DNA of 64,000 nt, from the NCBI RefSeq assembly GCF_042679305.1, contig NZ_JBHTMP010000017.1:13551-77550 (forward strand). The letters are read 5' to 3'. Shown here one piece after another: positions 55,560 through 64,000 of this stretch; the stretch's first letter is position 1; each line of letters begins with the position of its first letter. Source of the stretch: Micromonospora sonneratiae. Its GTDB lineage: Bacteria; Actinomycetota; Actinomycetes; Mycobacteriales; Micromonosporaceae. The notes under the pieces are model-generated. The model was not told the DNA's origin. It saw only the letters and a program-made list of their open reading frames with translations, and did not search any database. The position numbers were made by a program, and so were the translations under genes.

Positions 55560-56120
55560 CTATTCGGTGATGCCCCACCACTGTTTGACGTTGATGGCCG
55601 CGCCACCGGCGTTGTCCCCGAGGTTCGGGTCGTTGTAGGAGAAGACCAACTGCGAACTCGGGCCGGCACTGGAATAGGACATGCAACCGCTGTCGGTGCC
55701 GACCGGGAACCAGGCACCGGCACCGTAGGAGCGGCCGTTGGCGTGCAGCCACACCGATCCTGCGGTGACCTTGGCGATCAGCATGTACCGGGGCTCGCCG
55801 GGAGCGGGCCAGCCGCTGCCCGCCACCGGTAGCTCACCCGCGATGTTCTTGGTCGTACCCCAGTAGTCGATCCGGACGGTGCCGGCGGCGGTGATCCGCA
55901 GGGCGTCCTCGGTCTCCAGACCGGCCGGTGCCGCCCACGGCGTGTGCAGGTTGCCCGGCGCGAACCACGGTGCCTGGTCGGTGAACTGTGGGGCGAAGCT
56001 ACGTCGGCAGCGGCCCAACGCCGTCTCGGTTGCCGAAGCTGGTAGGCCACCGCCAACCACAGCCAGTGTGATTGTCAGCGCGGCGGTGGACACCGCCGAG
56101 ATGGTCGATCTGATCCGCAT
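55560..56120 (-). CDS. Secreted protein, possibly LecA/PA-IL-like lectin fold
   Basis: Signal peptide MRIRSTISAVSTAALTITLAVVGGGLPASA. LRITAAGTVRIDYWG and LVFSYNDPNLGDNAGGAAINV recall PA-IL motifs (from memory). Confidence 0.6.
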   Translation of the reverse strand: MRIRSTISAVSTAALTITLAVVGGGLPASATETALGRCRRSFAPQFTDQAPWFAPGNLHTPWAAPAGLETEDALRITAAGTVRIDYWGTTKNIAGELPVAGSGWPAPGEPRYMLIAKVTAGSVWLHANGRSYGAGAWFPVGTDSGCMSYSSAGPSSQLVFSYNDPNLGDNAGGAAINVKQWWGITE

Positions 56121-56209
56121 GGTGCTTCCTCTCGCGTGGGTGGAAGGCAGCCGGTCCTGGTGCCGGACCTGACGCGCTCCTCGCTGTCGGGAGGTAGCGC
56201 CCATGCCAC

Positions 56210-56602
56210 ATGATGGGGCCCGTGTTCAAGAGGGATCGGGATCGCCGTAGGAAGAAGAAGACGAAGAAGAGCGATGCCTGCGACTACTGCGACTTCTGCG
56301 ATCCCGGCTGCGGCGACTGCAATCTCGGGCTCTTCGCCGCACTGCTGACCGTGGGATCGGTCACCGCCCGGGTGGCCCCGGTGCCGCTGGCCGACCGGGC
56401 CGGCCGGGCCGCGATCCTCGGTTACCGACGGTGGCTGTCCCACCGCTGGCCGGGAACCTGCCGGTTCACCCCGACCTGTAGCGCGTACGGCCTGGCGGCG
56501 GTCGAGCGGTACGGGCTGGCCAGGGGCGGACGGTTGGCCGCCGACCGGGTCCGCCGCTGCCGTCCCGAGGTGCCCCGGGGCACCCACGACCCGCTGCCAT
56601 AG
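56210..56602 (+). CDS. YidD-family (membrane protein insertion efficiency factor-like) protein with basic/Cys-rich N-terminal extension
   Basis: Core WPGTCRFTPTCSAYGLAAVERYGLARGGRLAADRVRRCRP. Extension RDRDRRRKKKTKKSDACDYCDFCDPGCGDC. Confidence 0.75.
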   Translation: MMGPVFKRDRDRRRKKKTKKSDACDYCDFCDPGCGDCNLGLFAALLTVGSVTARVAPVPLADRAGRAAILGYRRWLSHRWPGTCRFTPTCSAYGLAAVERYGLARGGRLAADRVRRCRPEVPRGTHDPLP

Positions 56603-56649
56603 GCGGCCCGAACGGCAGTGGGGAATCCCGGTGGGGAAGAATTCGGTGC

Positions 56650-58074
56650 GTGACGAGTATCCCGAACGTCCTTGCCAACCGGTACGCCTCGGCAGAACTG
56701 GCCGCCCTCTGGTCGCCGGAGGAGAAGATCCGGATGGAACGGCGGCTCTGGCTGGCCGTACTCCGGGCGCAGCGGGATCTCGGCATCGCGCTGCCCGACG
56801 GGGTGGTCGAGGCGTACGAGCGGGTGCTCGACCAGGTCGACCTAGCCTCGATCGCGGCCCGGGAGCGGGTCACCCGGCACGACGTGAAGGCGCGGATCGA
56901 GGAGTTCAGCGCGCTGGCCGGGCACGAGCACATCCACAAGGGCATGACCTCGCGGGACCTCACCGAGAACGTCGAGCAGCTACAGGTACGCCGCTCGCTG
57001 GAGCTGATCCGGGACCGGGTGGTCGCCACCCTGGCCCGGCTGGCCCGCCTGGCCGTGGAGCACTCCGACCTGGTGCTGACCGGCCGGTCGCACAACGTCG
57101 CGGCGCAGGCCACCACGCTGGGCAAGCGGTTCGCGTCGGCGGCCGAGGAACTGCTGATCGCGTACGAGCGGCTGGACGACCTGATCGACCGGTACCCGTT
57201 GCGTGGCATCAAGGGGCCGGTCGGCACCGCCGCCGACCAGCTCGACCTCTTCGACGGCGACCCGGAGAAGGTCGCCGAGCTTGAGCGCCGGGTCGCCACC
57301 CACCTCGGCTTCTCCCGGGTGCTGGACAGCGTCGGCCAGGTCTACCCGCGTTCGATCGATTTCGACGTGGTGTCCGCGTTGGCGCAGACGGCCGCCGCCC
57401 CGTCGTCGCTGGCGACGACCATCCGGCTGATGGTTGGCCAGGAGCTGGCCACCGAGGGCTTCAAGCCGGGGCAGGTCGGCTCCAGCGCCATGCCGCACAA
57501 GATGAACACCCGGTCCAGCGAGCGGGTCAACGGCTTCGCGGTGATCATCCGGGGTTACCTGTCGATGATCGGCGAGCTGGCCGGTGACCAGTGGAACGAG
57601 GGCGACGTCTCCTGCTCGGTGGTCCGCCGGGTGGCGCTACCGGACGCCTTCTTCGCCGCCGACGGGCTGTTCCAGACGTTCCTCACCGTGCTCGACGAGT
57701 TCGGCGCGTACCCGGCGGTGATCAACCGCGAGTTGGACCGGTTCCTGCCGTTCCTGGCGACCACGAAGATCCTGGTCGCGGCGGTACGTCGGGGCGTCGG
57801 CCGGGAGGTCGCCCACGAGGCGATCAAGGAGCACGCGGTCGGCGTGGCGCTGGCCATGCGGGAGCAGGGGGCGACCGAGAACGACCTGTTCGACCGGCTG
57901 GCCGCCGACGAACGGCTGGGCCTGACCCGTACCGAGATCGACAAACTGGTGGCCGACCGGGCCGACTTCGTCGGCGCGGCTCCGGCGCAGGTACGGGCGG
58001 TCGCCGGGCGGGTCGCCAACGTGGTCGCGGCGCACCCGGAGGCAGCCGCCTACCAACCCGCCCCGATCCTCTGA
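56650..58074 (+). CDS. purB: Adenylosuccinate lyase
   Basis: LANRYASAELAALWSPE, GRSHNVAAQATTLGKR, GSSAMPHKMNTRSSE signature. Confidence 0.95.
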   Translation: MTSIPNVLANRYASAELAALWSPEEKIRMERRLWLAVLRAQRDLGIALPDGVVEAYERVLDQVDLASIAARERVTRHDVKARIEEFSALAGHEHIHKGMTSRDLTENVEQLQVRRSLELIRDRVVATLARLARLAVEHSDLVLTGRSHNVAAQATTLGKRFASAAEELLIAYERLDDLIDRYPLRGIKGPVGTAADQLDLFDGDPEKVAELERRVATHLGFSRVLDSVGQVYPRSIDFDVVSALAQTAAAPSSLATTIRLMVGQELATEGFKPGQVGSSAMPHKMNTRSSERVNGFAVIIRGYLSMIGELAGDQWNEGDVSCSVVRRVALPDAFFAADGLFQTFLTVLDEFGAYPAVINRELDRFLPFLATTKILVAAVRRGVGREVAHEAIKEHAVGVALAMREQGATENDLFDRLAADERLGLTRTEIDKLVADRADFVGAAPAQVRAVAGRVANVVAAHPEAAAYQPAPIL

Positions 58075-58138
58075 CCGGGGCCGCCCACCGGGTGGCCGCC
58101 AGCTGCGGGGCGTGGGAGTCGGCTGCGCGGTGCGGTCG

Positions 58139-58594
58139 TCAGCTGCGGGGCGTTGGAGTGGTGGCCGCGCTGCCCAGGTCGGGGGCGCTGGCCGGCTCCG
58201 AGATGGCGCCCAGGCTGGAGCTGCTGGCCGGTTGAGCGGTGTCGGTGGCCGCCAGCGGCTGGTCCGGGGGCGGTACGTCCGCCACCGGGTACGCGATCAC
58301 GGCGGTGCCGTACGCGCACAGCTCCATCCACATCTCGCCGACCTCGCGGTGGTCGAAGCGCATCCCGATCACCGCGTTGGCACCGAGGCGGCGGGCTTCC
58401 TCACCGAGTTTGACCACCGAGTCGGTACGCCATCGGGTCAGGTTCTCCGGCGCCTTCGGGTCGTACGCGCCACCGCGTAGGTTCTTGACGCCTTCCCGGT
58501 ACGGGTTACGCGTCCGAGCCATCGATGACACTACTTCGCCAAGGATCTGGCGGATCTCGTAGCCAGGTAGATGGTCCATCGTCACGACCAGCAC
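58139..58594 (-). CDS. YbjQ/UPF0145 family protein with disordered C-terminal tail
   Basis: TMDHLPGYEIRQILGEV...LGANAVIGMRFD...CAYGTAV. Confidence 0.8.
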   Translation of the reverse strand: MLVVTMDHLPGYEIRQILGEVVSSMARTRNPYREGVKNLRGGAYDPKAPENLTRWRTDSVVKLGEEARRLGANAVIGMRFDHREVGEMWMELCAYGTAVIAYPVADVPPPDQPLAATDTAQPASSSSLGAISEPASAPDLGSAATTPTPRS

Positions 58595-58671
58595 GTTGTC
58601 GATGTTGTCAGAGAAACTGGTGGCCCATTTGTGAGGTCTGCTCGCGTCGGCGTGTTCTGCGAAACGGCGCG

Positions 58672-58719
58672 GCGCGGACGCCCGGGGGGTTCCGGGGACG
58701 TCCGCGCCGCGACGATCAC
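58672..58719 (-). terminator. Hairpin downstream of the protease gene
   Basis: 10-bp perfect stem GGCGCGGACG / CGTCCGCGCC with an inner CCCGG/CCGGG extension, 7 nt beyond the stop at 58726. Confidence 0.5.
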
Positions 58720-58725
58720 GAGTGG

Positions 58726-59409
58726 CTATACGCCGGACACCGAGGTGATCCAGGCCCGGCTGGCGGCGACACTGCCATAGTTCTGGATGCTCTGGCCGTC
58801 AGCGGTCGAAGCCACCCCAACCTGCGCACCGTTGTAGAACTCGGGCCCACCCGAGTCGCCCCGCCACGCGTTTCCGTTGATCCGGCTGCTGCGGATGGCC
58901 GGCCCGCCGTACGCGTCGGTCGCGCTGGTGCTGGTGACCCGTACGCTGGCGGTCTTGAGCTGGGACGACGCGGAGCAGCCGCTGTAGCAGGTCATGCCCC
59001 AGCCGTAGATCGAGTTGGTGGAGCCGATTGGCGGGTTGGCGCTGGCCAGCGTCACGTAGGTGGTGCTGACCGCGCTGTCGAGTTGGAGCAGGGCCAGGTC
59101 GTAGCGGGACGACGACGAGACGACGTTGCGGGTCACGCCGCCGGAGGCCCGGTAGACGCTGCCGACGCGTACCGACATGGTTCCGCTGACGCAGTGCCGT
59201 GCGGTGAGCACCCAGCGGGACGAGATGATCGTGCCGGAGCAGGTGAACGAGCCGTTGCTGAAGACGGCAGCGGCCCAGGGGGCCGAGGAAACCGTGCCGC
59301 CGCCGATGATCGGCTGCGGGCCGGCGGGGGCGGCCGAGGCGGTGGCGGGGGCGGCCAGCACGCCGGCGAGGGCGGTGGCGAACACTGCCGTGACGAAGCG
59401 CAAGCGCAT
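58726..59409 (-). CDS. Secreted trypsin-like (S1) serine protease
   Basis: Signal peptide MRLRFVTAVFATALAGVLAAPATASA. IIGG, TARHC (His), DLALLQL (Asp), GDSGGP (Ser). Confidence 0.88.
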   Translation of the reverse strand: MRLRFVTAVFATALAGVLAAPATASAAPAGPQPIIGGGTVSSAPWAAAVFSNGSFTCSGTIISSRWVLTARHCVSGTMSVRVGSVYRASGGVTRNVVSSSSRYDLALLQLDSAVSTTYVTLASANPPIGSTNSIYGWGMTCYSGCSASSQLKTASVRVTSTSATDAYGGPAIRSSRINGNAWRGDSGGPEFYNGAQVGVASTADGQSIQNYGSVAASRAWITSVSGV

Positions 59410-59609
59410 GGATGGGCTCCTTCCGAGGGGTGGCACCCGGGGTCTCCGGGTCGGTGAGCCGCCGCAGGCGGTGACTTGTCCGCCGTACGGGTTGACGCAA
59501 CGGAACGTTCGGCGTGAATGACCGGACGTTCCGACGCCACACGCTAGGACGAGCGCCATCCATTCACAAGTATCAAACAAAAGTTGACCATCCCGGTCGG
59601 GTCATACGA

Positions 59610-59689
59610 GCCGTCGACCGGGTCGTCACCTGGGTCGTCACCTGGGCCGTCGACCGGGCCGTCACCCGGGCTGTCGAGGCGTCGACCGG
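59610..59689. repeat. Intergenic tandem array, about 6.5 units of 12 bp G(C/T)CGTC(A/G)CC(N)GG
   Basis: gccgtcgaccgg gtcgtcacctgg gtcgtcacctgg gccgtcgaccgg gccgtcacccgg gctgtcgaggc gtcgaccgg. In the divergent protease/GDT1 region, flanked by AT-rich blocks. Confidence 0.8.
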
Positions 59690-59818
59690 GTGGCGGAACT
59701 GGTGCTTGTTTGGTGGGGAAACAGGCTGTCTGCGTAAAAAGTAGGTAATACTGTTACGGAGGGGCTGGCGTCCCACGTCGCGCTCGTCCCGCACCCGGTC
59801 CGGCCGGGAAGGATCCCG

Positions 59819-60424
59819 ATGACGTACGTACTCGTCGCGCTCGGCACGTTCGTCCTGATCCTGCCGGTGGAGCTGCCGGACAAGACCTTCGTCGCCACCC
59901 TCGTGCTCAGCACCCGCTATCACCCGTTGCCGGTCTGGCTCGGGGCGGTCACGGCGTTCGGGGTGCAGAGCGTCCTCGCGGTCGCGGCGGGCACCCTGTT
60001 CGCCCAACTGCCCCGGCTTCCGGTGGCGCTGGCCGCCGCAGGGCTGTTCGTGATCGGCGGAATGCTGCTGCTGCGCGGCGCGCGACAGGCGGACGCCATG
60101 GAGTCCGAGGAGGAACGGCGGTACGCCGACCAGGTTCCCGTGGGCCGGCGGGGCTGGCGGGCGGCCGGCGCGAGTTTTGTGGTGCTGTTCACTGCCGAGT
60201 GGGGGGACCTGTCCCAACTGCTCACCGCCGGACTGGTGGCCAGTGGGAAGCCACCGGTGGCCGTGTTCGTCGGATCATGGCTGGCGCTGGCGGTGGTCTC
60301 CGGCGCAGCTGTGCTGCTCGGCCGCTGGTTGTTGCGTAGGGTCCGGCTCTCCCTGGTGCGGTATGTCGGGGCCGGACTGTGCTTCGCGCTCGCTATGATC
60401 ACTGCGTTCGGCGCACTCCGCTGA
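59819..60424 (+). CDS. UPF0016 / GDT1 (TMEM165) family cation (Ca2+/Mn2+) transporter
   Basis: Two signature motifs, ELPDKT and EWGDLS, in a six-TM protein. Confidence 0.85.
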   Translation: MTYVLVALGTFVLILPVELPDKTFVATLVLSTRYHPLPVWLGAVTAFGVQSVLAVAAGTLFAQLPRLPVALAAAGLFVIGGMLLLRGARQADAMESEEERRYADQVPVGRRGWRAAGASFVVLFTAEWGDLSQLLTAGLVASGKPPVAVFVGSWLALAVVSGAAVLLGRWLLRRVRLSLVRYVGAGLCFALAMITAFGALR

Positions 60425-60616
60425 GCGCGGCGGTGCCCTTCGCCGGGCGCGGTGATGTGACCGATTTGGGGCGACAACCGTACCGCGGAGTAACCGGCTA
60501 CCTGCCGCGTGCCGGGATGACCGGTGCGTCACCTGCTCTCCCTGCCAGGTACGCTGGCCTTGCTCGCCCCTCGAGGGGCCGGATCCCCAAACTCCGTACA
60601 CAGTCAGGAGTGCCCC

Positions 60617-60880
60617 GTGCCTCGCGTCGTCGTCGACGTCATGCTCAAGCCGGAGATTCTTGATCCCCAGGGCCAGGCTGTCGCAAACGCGCTGCCGCGG
60701 CTGGGCGTCAACGATGTGTCCTCCGTACGTATCGGCCGCCGGGTCGAGATCGAGTTCTCCGGTGAACCGGACCTCGACCGCGCCCGGGAGATCGCGGACA
60801 AGCTGCTGGCCAACCCGGTGATCGAGGACTTCTCGATCCGGTTGGTCGAGGCGGACGACACCGAGGGCGCTCGGTCGTGA
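60617..60880 (+). CDS. purS: Phosphoribosylformylglycinamidine synthase subunit PurS
   Basis: GTG 60617 follows [32 protein letters not shown]. Confidence 0.9.
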   Translation: MPRVVVDVMLKPEILDPQGQAVANALPRLGVNDVSSVRIGRRVEIEFSGEPDLDRAREIADKLLANPVIEDFSIRLVEADDTEGARS

Positions 60881-61556
60881 CCGCCCGCGTCGGTGTGGTG
60901 ACCTTCCCCGGTTCACTCGACGACGGGGATGCCGCCCGGGCGGTACGGATCGCCGGTGCCGAGGCCGTACGCCTCTGGCACGACGACCCGGACCTGCACG
61001 GCGTCGACGCCGTGGTGCTGCCCGGCGGTTTCTCCTACGGCGACTACCTGCGCTGTGGTGCCATCGCCCGGTTCGCCCCGGTCATGCAGACGATCGTGGC
61101 CGCCGCCCAGGGCGGAATGCCGGTACTCGGCATCTGCAACGGCTTCCAGATCCTGTGCGAGTCGCACCTGCTGCCCGGCGCGTTGACCCGCAACGAGCAC
61201 CTGCACTTCCGCAACCGCGACCAGGTGCTACGCATCGAGTCGGCGGGTACGGCGTGGACCAACGTGTTCCAGCCCGGCCAGGAGGTGCTCGTCCCGGTCA
61301 AGAACGGTGAGGGGCGCTACGTCGCCGACCAGCGCACCCTGGACGAGCTTGAGGCGACCGGTCGGGTGGTGGCCCGCTACGTGGGCGGCAACCCGAACGG
61401 CTCGCAGCGGGACATCGCGGCGATCACCAACGAGGCCGGCAACGTCGTCGGCATCATGCCCCACCCGGAGCACGCCGTGGAGGCGCTGACCGGCCCCTCT
61501 CTCGACGGCCTCGGCTTCTTCACCTCGATCCTCAAGCACCTGGCGGGAGCGCCGGC

Positions 61557-61560
<4 letters not shown>
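60877..61560 (+). CDS. purQ: Phosphoribosylformylglycinamidine synthase glutaminase subunit PurQ
   Basis: GTGA overlap with pur[21 protein letters not shown] (Cys nucleophile), MPHPE. Confidence 0.95.

Positions 61561-64000
<2,440 letters not shown>

Noticed and set aside
60425-60616. ZTP (pfl) or other purine-related riboswitch upstream of purS
   Set aside because: I could not find the conserved GGGUCGUGACUGGCG / CCGCCUGGGCA elements. An Rfam scan would be needed to be certain.

Overview
This is a 64-kb piece of a high-GC actinobacterial chromosome. Gene content and synteny look like a Micromonosporaceae-type actinomycete, but the species cannot be assigned from sequence alone. I support about 58 protein-coding genes and find no rRNA, tRNA or CRISPR. 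The backbone is housekeeping and resembles the mycobacterial clpB-pyrE-dedA-fba-purA neighbourhood plus purine genes. It comprises clpB (5' partial), pyrE, fba, purA, purD, purB, purS-purQ-purL (3' partial), an htdX/fabG4/fadA2-like trio, and soxR with a divergent flavin-reductase/OYE operon. Six accessory modules sit between these blocks. (1) A six-gene translationally coupled envelope/polyamine operon at 3246-7778 (DUF4178-like, DUF2617-like, DUF4247-like, DUF350, membrane protein, membrane-fused SpeE). (2) A Hen1-Pnkp RNA-repair pair at 12524-16659. (3) An ECF sigma factor coupled to an anti-sigma-like/LCP fusion. (4) A DUF559/AbiEi-like gene bracketed by two copies of a 61-nt palindromic element, inserted between purA and purD. 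(5) An NfeD-like / flotillin / ~1710-aa AAA+ operon at 30352-38151. (6) A tightly coupled minus-strand operon at 43265-47322 encoding an NrtR-type Nudix regulator, a J-domain/kinase-like fusion, a vWA protein and a divergent adenylosuccinate-synthetase paralogue, preceded by an AT-rich palindrome. Module 6 is the least explainable and my best candidate for an undescribed system. Several intergenic tandem arrays (8/9-, 12- and 22-bp units) and in-frame tandem duplications are also present. Many long ORFs in the six-frame track are antisense or out-of-frame artefacts of GC-rich DNA and are not reported as genes. All family names come from motif recognition by eye; no database search was run.
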